In this document: positions 18,187 to 30,564 of the stretch, one piece after another | Numbering within the stretch: the stretch's first letter is position 1 | Layout: each line of letters opens with the position of its first letter | NCBI GenBank assembly: GCA_023133655.1 | Contig: JAGLWB010000388.1 | Coordinates: 1 to 49,091 of the forward strand | DNA: 49,091 bases | Source of the DNA: Bacteroidales bacterium | GTDB taxonomy: Bacteria; Bacteroidota; Bacteroidia; Bacteroidales; JAGONC01 | Reading direction: 5' to 3' | Made by a program: the position numbers and the translations under genes | Notes under the pieces: generated by a model | Databases searched by the model: none | Seen by the model: only the letters and a program-made list of their open reading frames with translations | What the model was told of the DNA's origin: nothing

Positions 18187-19223
18187 AAAAACTCCTTCTT
18201 ATAGGGCCTGGCAGTGTCCATACATATAACTATTATAAACTTATCGAGGGGGCTTTCGATGAAATGCTGCTTATTACTAACATTTCCCGTCCGGAATTTG
18301 ATTCAGTGAGAACTGTCAGAAGTGATTTTTCTATTCGCAATCCATTTCAAGCAATAAAAAACATCAGGGTTATCAGACGGCATATAAAAAAATTCAAACC
18401 TGATGTTATTCATGTTCACCAGGCGAATTCAATCGCATATTTATCAATCCGGGCAAATAAAAACACTGGTATCCCGGTTATTGTAACCGCGTGGGGAAGT
18501 GATGTTCTTATTGCTCCTGAAAGAGGCATCTTGATTAAAAAAATGATTATTTATAACCTGAAAAGTGCCACCTATTTAACTGCCGACTCACAATATGTTG
18601 CTCAAAGAATTGTTGAACTTGCCAAAAGGATAAAACATGAAGTGATCGTGGCAAATTTCGGAATTGAGGACTTTCATAAAAAAGGACCCAAGGAAACCAT
18701 TATTTACTCAAACAGATTGCACAAAAAACTATACCGGATCGATTATATCATCAGCTCTTTTAATCTGTTTATCCGGAAAAAAAATGAAAATTGGAAACTG
18801 ATTATCGCAGGTGACGGAGAAGAAACAGAAAACTTAAAATTGTTGGTTCAACGTTTGAATATTGACGATAGAGTTGAATTTACAGGCTGGCTTGATGAAA
18901 ATTCCAATTATGAGTTGTATAACAAGGCAAAGATATTTGTTTCCATTCCTGAATCGGATGCAACAGCTATCAGTTTGCTCGAGGCTATGTCAGCCGAATG
19001 TATTCCGGTTGTATCTGACTTGCCGGCCAATAGGGAATGGATCCAGCATGGCACAAATGGCATTGTGGTCAATAATTTGAACGAAGATTTTTTTTCAATG
19101 GCTTTGGGCCTGGATCCTAAAAAAGTATCGCAAATAAATAGAGAGCTCATTTCCTTACATGCGACAAAAGCAGTTAACAGAAATAAATTTATTGATCTTT
19201 ATAAAAAAACAATTCAGGAATAA
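18183..19223 (+). CDS. Glycosyltransferase family 4
   Basis: TAWGSDVL, SDATAISLLEAM (EX7E-like), VSDLPANREW; ATGA overlap with the upstream stop. Confidence 0.88.
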   Translation: MKKLLLIGPGSVHTYNYYKLIEGAFDEMLLITNISRPEFDSVRTVRSDFSIRNPFQAIKNIRVIRRHIKKFKPDVIHVHQANSIAYLSIRANKNTGIPVIVTAWGSDVLIAPERGILIKKMIIYNLKSATYLTADSQYVAQRIVELAKRIKHEVIVANFGIEDFHKKGPKETIIYSNRLHKKLYRIDYIISSFNLFIRKKNENWKLIIAGDGEETENLKLLVQRLNIDDRVEFTGWLDENSNYELYNKAKIFVSIPESDATAISLLEAMSAECIPVVSDLPANREWIQHGTNGIVVNNLNEDFFSMALGLDPKKVSQINRELISLHATKAVNRNKFIDLYKKTIQE

Positions 19224-20320
19224 TGCAAGCCTGTCATTTAACATCAGTACATAACCGTTTTGATACACGGATCTTTGTGAATGAAATCCCTTCACTTGCC
19301 TCTGAAGGGTTCGAGGTTTGTGCAATTGTGGCCGATGGCAAAGGTGATGAAGAAAGGAAAAATTTCAATATTTATGATGTTGGAAAACCGAAAACCAGAT
19401 TTCACAGAATATTATTCACCACAAAAAGAGTATATAAAAAGGCACTGGAAGTTGATGCAAAGGCTTATCATTTACATGATCCTGAGTTATTACTTATTGC
19501 CAAAAAGTTAAAAAAAAGAGGCAAAAAAGTAATTTATGATGCACATGAAGATGTGCCAAGGCAGATAGTTAATAAACACTGGATCAATAAGGGCCTCAGA
19601 AAAGTGATCTCAAACCCAATTGAATTTTATGAAAACCGGATCAGTAAAAAATTAGATTACATTATTACCGCTACTTCCTTTATCAGAGACAGGTTCTTAC
19701 TAATAAACAAAAATGTTACGGATATAAATAATTTCCCAATTATTGCCTCGACCGGTAAAACAATAGATGAGGCAAAAAGAAAGAAAGAAATTTGTTACAT
19801 CGGCAGCATTTCAAAAGTCAGGGGTCTGAATGAATTGGTTGAAGCTTTATCTTTGCTTCCCGGTGTTTCACTTAACCTTGCTGGCACTTATTCACCTGAA
19901 AATTATAAAAACGATCTTAAAAAAATTCCCGGTTGGGAAAAAGTTATAGAATATGGATTTGCCAATAGAGAAATGGCCAAAGAAATAATGAACCGGTCGA
20001 TTGCAGGCATGGTGACATTGCATCCCATTATCAATTACATTGATGCTTTACCGGTTAAGATGTTTGAATACATGGCTGCCGGAATCCCTGTAATTGCCTC
20101 TGATTTCCCTCTTTGGAAAAATATTGTTGAAGGCTGTAAATGTGGCATTTGTGTCGATCCGTTAAATCCTGAAGTCATTGCAAAAGCCGTTCAATATATT
20201 TTTCAACATAAAAAGGAAGCTTCTCAAATGGGCTTAAACGGCAGAAAAGCAGTATTGGAAAAATATAACTGGGAAATTGAAAAGCAAAAACTGATTGGAG
20301 TTTACAAGAAACTAATCTAA
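19223..20320 (+). CDS. Glycosyltransferase family 4
   Basis: HLTSVHNRFDTRIF, HLHDPEL, YDAHEDVP, LPVKMFEYMAAGIPVIASDFP. Confidence 0.9.
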   Translation: MQACHLTSVHNRFDTRIFVNEIPSLASEGFEVCAIVADGKGDEERKNFNIYDVGKPKTRFHRILFTTKRVYKKALEVDAKAYHLHDPELLLIAKKLKKRGKKVIYDAHEDVPRQIVNKHWINKGLRKVISNPIEFYENRISKKLDYIITATSFIRDRFLLINKNVTDINNFPIIASTGKTIDEAKRKKEICYIGSISKVRGLNELVEALSLLPGVSLNLAGTYSPENYKNDLKKIPGWEKVIEYGFANREMAKEIMNRSIAGMVTLHPIINYIDALPVKMFEYMAAGIPVIASDFPLWKNIVEGCKCGICVDPLNPEVIAKAVQYIFQHKKEASQMGLNGRKAVLEKYNWEIEKQKLIGVYKKLI

Positions 20321-20434
20321 AGGCTTAAAAAGAAAATCTTTTTTATCAGAGATTTTGCACTTAATACAATAACAACTTAACATGCTGTATATCATTTATG
20401 TATTATGCTTTCTACTGCTAATTTTAGGCTTTGA

Positions 20435-20520
20435 GTAGCTTTGTGACTTCTTGGTGTAACTTTGTGAAATAGCTATTACACAGAGAGTCACGGAGAAGAC
20501 ACAAAGTTTCACAGAGAAAA
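20435..20520. repeat. Short inverted/tandem CTTTGTG / CACAGAG repeat cluster
   Basis: CTTTGTGAC..CTTGGTGTAACTTTGTG followed by CACAGAGAGTCACGGAGAAGACACAAAGTTTCACAGAG, in an intergenic gap. Confidence 0.55.
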
Positions 20521-20530
20521 ATCAGTTATT

Positions 20531-21292
20531 ATGTCCGGATCCCAAAATACACTTGTTTCGATTATCACACCGGTTTATAATTATGAACGGTATATTGCCG
20601 AAGCAATTGAATCGGTGCTTGCCCAGACCTATACAAACTGGGAAATGATCATTGTTGACGACCGGTCAACTGACGATTCTCCGGAAATAGTAAAAAAATA
20701 TGCTAAAAAAGATCACCGAATCAAACTGATCGAATTACCGGAAAACCTGGGCGCGGCCATGGCAAGAAATAAAGCCCTGGAACATGCAAAAGGGCGATAT
20801 ATTGCCTTTCTGGATAGTGATGATATCTGGGATGGAAGAAAATTAGCAAAACAAATTGCTTTTATGCAAAAAAATAATTCCCCGGTTACCTTTACCTCCT
20901 ATGAATTGATCAATGAGAATGGTACACGATTGAACCATGTTATCCATTCGGTGAAAAAGCTTAGCCTGAACGACTACTTAAAGAATACCATCATAGGCTT
21001 CTCCACTGCCATAATCGACACTGAACAAACAGGATCCATTTCTTTTATGGACATTAAAACACGGTCAGATACCCAGTTATGGATAACATTATTTAAAAAA
21101 GGGTTTTTTGCCTGTGGACTTGATGAAGTGTTGGTGAAATACCGAAAAGATCATAAATCCCTGTCGTCAAATAAAATTAAAGCTGCACTCCAGGTATGGC
21201 GGCTCTATTATAAAATTGAAAATATCGGACTTTTTAGATCGCTCTATTCCTTTCTGTTTTATGGAATAAATGCGATCAAAAAACGAATGTAA
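20531..21292 (+). CDS. Glycosyltransferase family 2 (TuaG-like)
   Basis: VSIITPVYN, VDDRSTD, AFLDSDDIW, SLSSNKIKA. Confidence 0.9.
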   Translation: MSGSQNTLVSIITPVYNYERYIAEAIESVLAQTYTNWEMIIVDDRSTDDSPEIVKKYAKKDHRIKLIELPENLGAAMARNKALEHAKGRYIAFLDSDDIWDGRKLAKQIAFMQKNNSPVTFTSYELINENGTRLNHVIHSVKKLSLNDYLKNTIIGFSTAIIDTEQTGSISFMDIKTRSDTQLWITLFKKGFFACGLDEVLVKYRKDHKSLSSNKIKAALQVWRLYYKIENIGLFRSLYSFLFYGINAIKKRM

Positions 21293-21304
21293 TCAGCAGT
21301 TATT

Positions 21305-22195
21305 ATGACAAATAAAATTTTCAAAGAAAGCAGGGTAAACAAAAAAGGCCTGAAGTTTTCAATCATTATCCCAACCTGGAATAATATTGATTATTTAAAA
21401 CTGTGCATAAGGAGTATTCAGCAAAATTCGTACTTTGGTCATCAGATCATTATATTTGTTAACGAAGGGATTGATGGCACATTAAACTGGATAAAAACTC
21501 AAAAAGAAATCGATTATCTCCATTCAAAAGAGAACCTTGGAATATGTTATGCAGTAAATATTAGCGTGTCATTGGTCAAGACTGATTACGTTGTTTACAT
21601 GAACGATGATATGTATGTATGCCCTGACTGGGATCTGGAGTTAAGTAAGGAAATTGAAAAAACAGGTCATAATTACTTTTTTTTATCAGGAACATTGATT
21701 GAAGCTAATGCCTCCAATAACCCTAATTCTCCTGTAATAATCAAAGACTACGGGACAGACACAAATAATTTTGCAGAGGAAAGGCTATTAGAAGAATATA
21801 AAAATTTACAAAAGGCAGATTGGCATGGTAGTTCCTGGCCTCCAAGTTTAGTTCATAAAGACATTTGGGACCTTGTTGGTGGGCTAAGCATCGAATTTTC
21901 TCCCGGAATGTATTCTGATCCCGATTTCTCGATGAAATTATGGAAATTAGGAGTTCGGATCTTTAAAGGAGTTGGAAGAAGTAAAATTTATCACTTTGGG
22001 GCAAAGTCGACAAAAAAAGTAAAAAGAAACAAAGGAAGTGATACCTTTGTTATGAAATGGGGAATAACTGCCCGGACCTTTTACACCCACTATCTTAAGA
22101 TGGGCCAGGAGTACAGTGGCTACTTAAGCGAGCCGGACCTAAGCCTCCTTTGCAAGGCCAGAAATAAACTAAAAAGAGTCATTAAATGCTTTTAA
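21305..22195 (+). CDS. Glycosyltransferase family 2
   Basis: FSIIIPTWNN, YMNDDMY, SDPDFSMKLW. Confidence 0.88.
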   Translation: MTNKIFKESRVNKKGLKFSIIIPTWNNIDYLKLCIRSIQQNSYFGHQIIIFVNEGIDGTLNWIKTQKEIDYLHSKENLGICYAVNISVSLVKTDYVVYMNDDMYVCPDWDLELSKEIEKTGHNYFFLSGTLIEANASNNPNSPVIIKDYGTDTNNFAEERLLEEYKNLQKADWHGSSWPPSLVHKDIWDLVGGLSIEFSPGMYSDPDFSMKLWKLGVRIFKGVGRSKIYHFGAKSTKKVKRNKGSDTFVMKWGITARTFYTHYLKMGQEYSGYLSEPDLSLLCKARNKLKRVIKCF

Positions 22196-23493
22196 CAGCG
22201 TGCAGATCAAAATTTACGAATGTCAGGGACTGCCTTACACTAAGTTTGTTTTTGATCCTGGCGTTTGTCATGCCCCTTCACGACAGGCTTGTTGTTTTTG
22301 TCATTGCTATGATCCTGATAAACTGGCTTATTGATAAAAGGCTTCCAAAAAAAATAAAGAACATCTTTCAATCTCCGGTTCGCAGGTTATTGCTTTCATT
22401 TTCATTCATTTATCTACTCTACTGGATAGGCCTCTTTTATTCCGACAACCGTGATTACGGTTTTTTTGACCTTGAAGTTAAAATGTCACTGTTGATATTT
22501 CCCCTTATCTTTGCCACTATTGATGATCGTATTTTCAAGGATAAAAAAATATTTTTTCTGTTTTACTCTTTTATTGCGGGTTGTATTGTTTCCACATTCA
22601 TTTTTCTATTCTATTCAACCATTAGTTTTCTTGAATCAAACGCGCTAAGTGCTTTTTATTACAAAAACCTTTCTTTAAGTCACCATCCCTCCTATTTTTC
22701 TATGTACCTGAATTTAAGTATCGCTTTTTTATTATTTTTTCTTATCGAAAAGAAAATTCAATTGTCAGGCTGGCTGAAAGTTACTGCAGGCATATTAATC
22801 CTTTATTTTTTTATTATCATTATCCTGTTAAGTTCCAAGGCCGGAATATTAAGCCTGTTGATGGTATTATTCATCAGTACCGGTTATCTCCTGGTATTCA
22901 AAAAGCGATACCTGGCAGGAGCAGTTCTTATCGTTCTGATAACAGCTTCATTTATTGGATCCTTTTATATTTTCACCAACACTACTAACCGGTTTCTGGA
23001 GGCTAAAGAATCAGTAGTTAGTGAAGGGGCCATAGAAAATGACACTAAAGAAAGTTCAGGTGAAAGAATCCTGGTCTGGAAATCAACAATCGACATCATC
23101 CGGCATAACTTTTTATTCGGCGTTGGTACGGGAGACGTAAAAGATCAGTTGTTAAAAAAATACAAGGAGGAGAATATTGTTTTAGCGATGAAGCTTAAGC
23201 TTAATGCGCATAATCAATATCTTCAGACTTTTTTATCAATTGGAGTGATTGGCTTCTGGGTATTGGCATTGTATATACTGCTTCCTATGATCAATGCTAT
23301 GAAAAACCGAAACCTGCTTTATTTTCTATTTTTAGCGATCATTGGGTTCAATTTTCTATTCGAGTCGATGCTGGAGCGCCAGGCAGGAGTTGTTTTTTAT
23401 GCTTTTTTTAATGCTTATTTGTTTGCGGTAAAGAAAGAATTCCGGTCATCCAGCTCTGCTCCAGTTCTGAACGATGAGACGTCCAAAACATAA
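22186..23493 (+). CDS. O-antigen ligase/polymerase (WaaL/Wzy_C) family membrane protein
   Basis: Multi-TM; SSKAG, SSGERILVW, GVGTGD, NAHNQYLQ, FESMLERQAG. Confidence 0.85.
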   Translation: MLLTACRSKFTNVRDCLTLSLFLILAFVMPLHDRLVVFVIAMILINWLIDKRLPKKIKNIFQSPVRRLLLSFSFIYLLYWIGLFYSDNRDYGFFDLEVKMSLLIFPLIFATIDDRIFKDKKIFFLFYSFIAGCIVSTFIFLFYSTISFLESNALSAFYYKNLSLSHHPSYFSMYLNLSIAFLLFFLIEKKIQLSGWLKVTAGILILYFFIIIILLSSKAGILSLLMVLFISTGYLLVFKKRYLAGAVLIVLITASFIGSFYIFTNTTNRFLEAKESVVSEGAIENDTKESSGERILVWKSTIDIIRHNFLFGVGTGDVKDQLLKKYKEENIVLAMKLKLNAHNQYLQTFLSIGVIGFWVLALYILLPMINAMKNRNLLYFLFLAIIGFNFLFESMLERQAGVVFYAFFNAYLFAVKKEFRSSSSAPVLNDETSKT

Positions 23494-23692
23494 GCAAAAC
23501 TTCTTCATTTCTTATTGTTTATTGATTATTCCTTATTTAACTTCCTGATTAGACTTCCTAATTTCTCATTTCAAGTTAATCAATGACACTTGAAAAGAAA
23601 TTACGTTTTCAACGGTCAAAAAATAAGAAAAAGATTCTGATTCAAGTCTCTGGAAACGGGAAAAATACAGTGAGATACTGGATTTATGAGCA

Positions 23693-23782
23693 GAGGAATC
23701 TCCTGTGAGAAAGCTACGTGCATGGGGGATTCCTTCGCTCACATACTCCGCTCCCGCTCCAAATGTTCAGTCGGAATGACAG
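23693..23782. repeat. Degenerate palindromic dispersed repeat (GAGGAATCTC...GGGATTCCT...CGGAATGACA)
   Basis: GC-rich inverted pair GGAATCTC/GGGATTCC ending in GTCGGAATGACA, at the left edge of the AT-rich T9SS block. Confidence 0.5.
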
Positions 23783-23923
23783 CTAAGTTCTGGGCTGTAA
23801 TGATTTAAGTGCTGTAATTACAAAATAAGGTTGACGCCAATGCGCGAAAGCGGGGATTTGAATTTTTGCATTTCATAAATAAATGTTGTATTTTTATGCG
23901 AATCAAATAAATACCACATTTTC

Positions 23924-25212
23924 ATGAAAAATTATTCTTTCTTTTTTCTGTTACTGATTTTCTCATTTATTGCCAAATCATCGTATTCACAGGATTTCTG
24001 GGAACAAATAGAAGGGCCAGAGGATCAAAGTATTTATTCAATTAATGCTAATTCTTCTGAACAGATTTTTGTTGGTACAAATAATGGCATCTTTAAAACT
24101 GATAATTATGGCTTAAATTGGGAGCAAACTACTCTAAATGAATATAGATTCAACGTAATTCATATTTCGCCTCTTGATGAAATTTTTGCTGTTGGTCCAG
24201 GAGTTTTTTATTCAAATGATAATGGCGAAACTTGGGATACAATTAATTATATGGATGTTGGTGGATTTGCTATTTACGTTTATAATGAAAATACAATTTT
24301 TGTTGGAAACTGGGGGGGGTATATAAACTTCATAAAGAAAATAATGAATGGGGAATTACGCAAGTCTTAACTTTATCATTTAACACTGAAATGATTACTT
24401 CTATATCAGGTAATTATTCTGACACTATTTATGCTGGATCTATACGCTGGACAGGAGATGGTGGAGGAATATATTGCTCAATAGATAGTGGAAATTATTG
24501 GGAAAATATTGGGCTGTTTGATCATTATGTTTCTTCTTTGGGGATTAATTCTAACAATGATCTTATAGCAGGCACTCGTGGGCATTTCACGCTTTACCAT
24601 GGTGGCGTTTATAAATTACCATCCGGTACAAATGAATGGATAACATTAAAAGATAATGATATTGTTACTTCGCTTGTTTTAGGCTTAGAAGATGAGATTT
24701 ATATTGGTTGTTCAAATATTGATTTATATTATGGAGCAATACGTTATTCATTTGATGGTGGTCAAAACTGGATTATAATTGATTCAGGCATGGGGGATAG
24801 GAATGTTGAAAAACTAATTCTTGGTAATGATAATCATCTATATTCCTTAAGTGGATGGGGTAATAATATGATAATTCATAGAAGTAATAATACTGTATTG
24901 ATTTTACAACCTGGAATAAATCAAAATAAAGAAATAATAACTTACAATTATCCGAATCCTTTCAAAGGAGAGACTATTATTTATTACACTCTACCTACCA
25001 ACTGCTATGAAGAAGTACAAATTACAATTTATGACCTGTTCGGTAACCAAATAAAGAAATGTATTATGAGAAATGATCAATTAAAAAATAATCAGTTAAA
25101 GTTCAATGCTTTAGGATTAGCTTCTGGTATTTATATGTATCAGATATCTTATGGTGTTTATCATTGCTCACGAAATATGATTTTATTAAACAAAAATTTT
25201 AATTATGAATAA
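23924..25212 (+). pseudogene. Secreted BNR/Asp-box beta-propeller protein with T9SS type-A CTD, split by a frameshift in a G8 tract
   Basis: ORF 23924-24370 (signal peptide, SNDNGETW Asp-box) and ORF 24391-25212 (SFDGGQNW; NYPNPF..SGIYMY CTD). Adding one G at 24312-24319 gives continuous GNWGGVYKLHKENNEWGITQVLTLSFNTEMITS. Confidence 0.8.
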
Positions 25213-28200
25213 AATATCATTATTTATAGGAATTTTAATAATGAATCTTTGTGTTATTGGAAAAACGCAAATTATTAACTTAAATCCTGATCCCAATGGT
25301 AATCCATGGATAGCTGGAGATGTGCCTGATGTCACTCCAGAAATCCAAGCTATTATAGATCAGATACCGAAAATGACTTTAACCTCTGAAGCAGCGGCTA
25401 CTGATTTTGCGGAAGTTGTTGATAATTCACAAGAAATTTACATGCGGCCTGTTTTTGGTCAATTTGGGGGTAGTTGTGGACAAGCTTCAGGTGTTGGGTA
25501 TACTTTTACTTATGAAATAAATTATTTAAGGGATTTACCGGCTAATGATGTACTTTATGAAGAAAATTGGTATACTCCTATGTATACATATAATTTTTTA
25601 AATAATGGTAATCCCTATAATGGCACTTGGTATTTTGATGGATGGGATATTATCATGGATAATGGTTGCCCTAATGTACCAAATTGGGGAGGTATGACTG
25701 GAGACCCTACACGCTGGGTAACTGGTTATAATAATTATTATTCAGCAATGAATAACCGTATTGATTCCTATTATACAATTGGAATAGGGACTCCAGAAGG
25801 ATTGGATATATTTAAACACTGGTTAAATGATCATAATGAAGGTGATACAATTGGGGGTCTTTCATGTTTTTCTACGTATATGGAAGGTTATTCTTATGAT
25901 ACTTTATCCTCGGAGAGCGCTGAAGCCGGAAAGGCAATTATGAAAGATTGGAATTATTCTACTTCAGGTCACCACGCAATGACTTTTGTTGGATATAATG
26001 ACAATATTAAATATGATTTAAACGAAGATGGATTGTTTACTAATGATTTGGATATAAACCATGATGGGGACACAAATATGTTGGATTGGGAAATAGGGGC
26101 ATTAAAAATTGTAAATAGTTGGGGCTATTCATGGCCTAATCCTTATAATGGTTATAATTCTGATGGTTATTGTTATTTTCCGTATCGTTTACTCGCTAAA
26201 ACTATTGATAGTATTAGTGTATTATCAAGTAAGCTTGTTTATGTACTTAAAGCTGATTCTACTTATTTCCCTGAAATAACATTTAAATTTAAAATTAGTT
26301 ATCCTAGTAGGGACAATATTAATATAGAACTTGGTTATGCAAATAGTGCCTGTCAAGACTCTATTATGGGAGAGAGTAATCTACATTTATTTTCATTTCA
26401 AGGAGGAAACTATCCAATGCAAGGTGATGAAAATTATGAACATCTTGAAGGAGGATTGGATTATAATTATTGGTTTTATGATGAAAATTGGGGTGAAGTA
26501 TTTCTAATTATTTATGAAAATGATATCTATAATCAATATGATGGTGAAATCTCTGAATTTTCAATAATTGATTATAGGTGGAATGAAGTTTTTGAGCTAC
26601 CATATTCTGGTACATTACCTGTTGATATCGATATAGATAGTATTGCTCTTTCAATCGAATATGACCTTTTACCATTTAATATGGGCCTTCAGGGCCAAGA
26701 GTTTTTATGCAATAAAATATGCCGTAAAAGATGTACAATAAGTGGTAATATTGAGATTGAATTTGGACAAGGTATTAATGTTGACTTTTACAACGGAACC
26801 CTTGTCGTAGAAGAAGGCGGCTACCCTCACCATTGGCGACAGTGTTACCATACATGCTAAAACCGGCGCTGACAGCCTTATCGTTTATGGGGATATCGAA
26901 ATCGGTGATCATGTGAATTTCATCGCAGATGAAGATGCATCACTTTTTATTTACATCGAAAACGATAGCCTATCGCTTACCATTGACAGCGCTTACTTTG
27001 AAAACTTGCTTTTTGAAGAAAAAACCCACGCATGTACTATTAATAACAGTGAATTCAGCAACTCTATGATTAAAGGAAGTGCCGACTATTTCCTGCTTTC
27101 TTCTTCTGAACTTACAAATACACCTGTTCGCCTCAGCAGAGAAAAAAGTGAGGACACCTGCATCGCAAGAGTTGAAGATTGTATAATTCTGTACGATGAG
27201 GCATACCGCATAAACGATACCCTTAATCCGCCTTCAGCACAAGACCACCTTGCTGAAACACTCATTGGTGTGGAACAATATCACCACTACCTGATCTTAA
27301 ACGACTCTATCGTACATGACGAACTTGATGGAATTACGCTCTATTACGCAGGTTCAGGAATAGTTAATAAGGTTAAAGACTGTTATCTTCACTTTTCAGG
27401 AGATGTTTCCACAGATACCAGTTATGGTTTAATCATCTATAAAAGTTACGTTGATGTGCAGAAAAATTACATCGATGAACATACAACCGGAGTGGCGTGT
27501 TTGGATAATAGCAACAGTAAAATTAATAGTGTGGTAAAAGATCCTGATGAAGACGATACACAACATATAATTAATAATGAAGACAACCAGGTGTATATTT
27601 TGGCAGGTAGTTTTCCATATGAATTTGAATACAACTATATATACGGTTCTGATACTACTGAAATGTATGTGTATTTAAACACAATTTATTCGTGCGAAAG
27701 TCCTTGTTATGACGTTGAAAACAATTATTGGGGGGATAATGGTTTTATTCCCGATTCGAATTTGTATCCTATTGGAGAGTATAATTATCTGCCTCTTTGG
27801 AGTGGCTATAAAAACACACCTGTTGATGCTCTTATTTACAGAGCAGGGGAGCAAGCAATGGAAGATGGTAATTACCCACTTGCTGAATCAAAGTTCAAAG
27901 AGATCATTGAAGATTTTCCCAATTCAAAATATGTGGATGCTTCGGTAAAGATAATGTTGGCATTAAAACGAATTTATGACCAGGATTATGCAGAGCTACA
28001 AGATTATCTATATTCTATCCCTTCATTATGGGAAGATACTACAACTGCCAATGTAACTGACCATGTTATCAATTGGTGCAATATTGAAAAAGAGGATTAT
28101 GTGGCAGCCATAATTTGGTTTGAAGACCAGATTGAAAATCCAAACAGCTATGCTGATTCAATCTGTGCTATAATTGATCTGGGTTATACGTATACCTTAA

Positions 28201-28628
28201 TGGATACAACATCGAACAAATCATCTGGATTTATTGGTAATTACCCCCAATACAGGCATACCTCCCGTGCAGCATACGAGAAAAACCGCGAATACCTGGT
28301 CGACCTGTTATTCAGGAAGAATAGTCATTCACATCAGAAAGAACACGATCCATTGCAAACTGCATCATTTTTCCTTCATCAAAATTATCCTAATCCGGTA
28401 AGCGAAACCACAACCATAAAATATACGATTTCCCAACAATCGGATGTAAAACTTAACGTTTACAATATTTTAGGAAGCATCGTCACTACATTGGTTAATG
28501 AAATGCAGCGTGAAGGCGAAAAACAGGTTACATTTAATATCCAAAATCTGTCAAACGGCCTGTATTATTATTCCCTAGTGGTCGATAACGAGATAATAGG
28601 AGTAAGAAAAATGTTGGTGCTGAGATAA
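25205..28628 (+). pseudogene. Papain-like (C1) cysteine protease with beta-helix/TPR-like region and T9SS type-A CTD, split by a +1 frameshift
   Basis: QFGGSCGQA (Gln/Cys), HAMTFVGY (His) and VNSWG (Asn) in 25205-26860. Removing one G at ~26819 gives EEGATLTIGDSVTIHAKTG...IGDHVNFIAD, joining 26913-28628, which ends in a QNYPNP...NGLYYY CTD. Confidence 0.82.
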
Positions 28629-28809
28629 TTGATTTATAGCTATTTATAGTTGTTTGTTTACTTTCTGAGAGAAATATCAATATGAGGAATAAAAATTACC
28701 AATTTTAATCAGAAATGAGAAATGAGAAATAATAATGAAAAGTAACCAATAACCAATAAAAAATTACAAAGTACAGCAGACAACCTCACCTGTTTTCCGC
28801 ATTAAACAG

Positions 28810-28859
28810 AAAAAATGAACTCCGGCCAACCGACTCTGTAAGTTCGGATAACCGGAGTT
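28810..28859 (-). terminator. Intrinsic terminator of gdhA
   Basis: AACTCCGG (28818-25) / CCGGAGTT (28852-59) stem with inner pairing, followed on the minus strand by a T-run. Confidence 0.65.
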
Positions 28860-28879
28860 AATATTCTGTGGGGTTTCTA

Positions 28880-30247
<1,368 letters not shown>

Positions 30248-30564
30248 TTAAATTAGTAATATGTTAATTCTTAGCTTATTATAATAGCTTATTTAAAAGG
30301 AAGCAATATTAATTAAAATATTTCGAATAAGAACAAGAAAAAAGTGTTTTTTTTGTTATGTTTATAGCAGTTGAATCCGGGTAAGCTTAACTTCACATCC
30401 AGGGTGTTTTAAGTATTGGATAATGAATATTTGTTGATGTTTAAAGAAATTCACATAGATTGATTGTCAATTATGGAAAATTTTGTAACTTTAAGCTTCA
30501 TATTAAAGATAATATATTCAACCCTGGATTGCTGTTTTTTATCAAATTTGCAGAAAAAAAGTAT

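Noticed and set aside
30460-30564. N-terminal extensions in the ORF track (also 11659-11784 and 6678-6740)
   Set aside because: Extensions run through promoter-like AT-rich DNA or overlap the upstream gene; downstream ATGs fit the family starts better.
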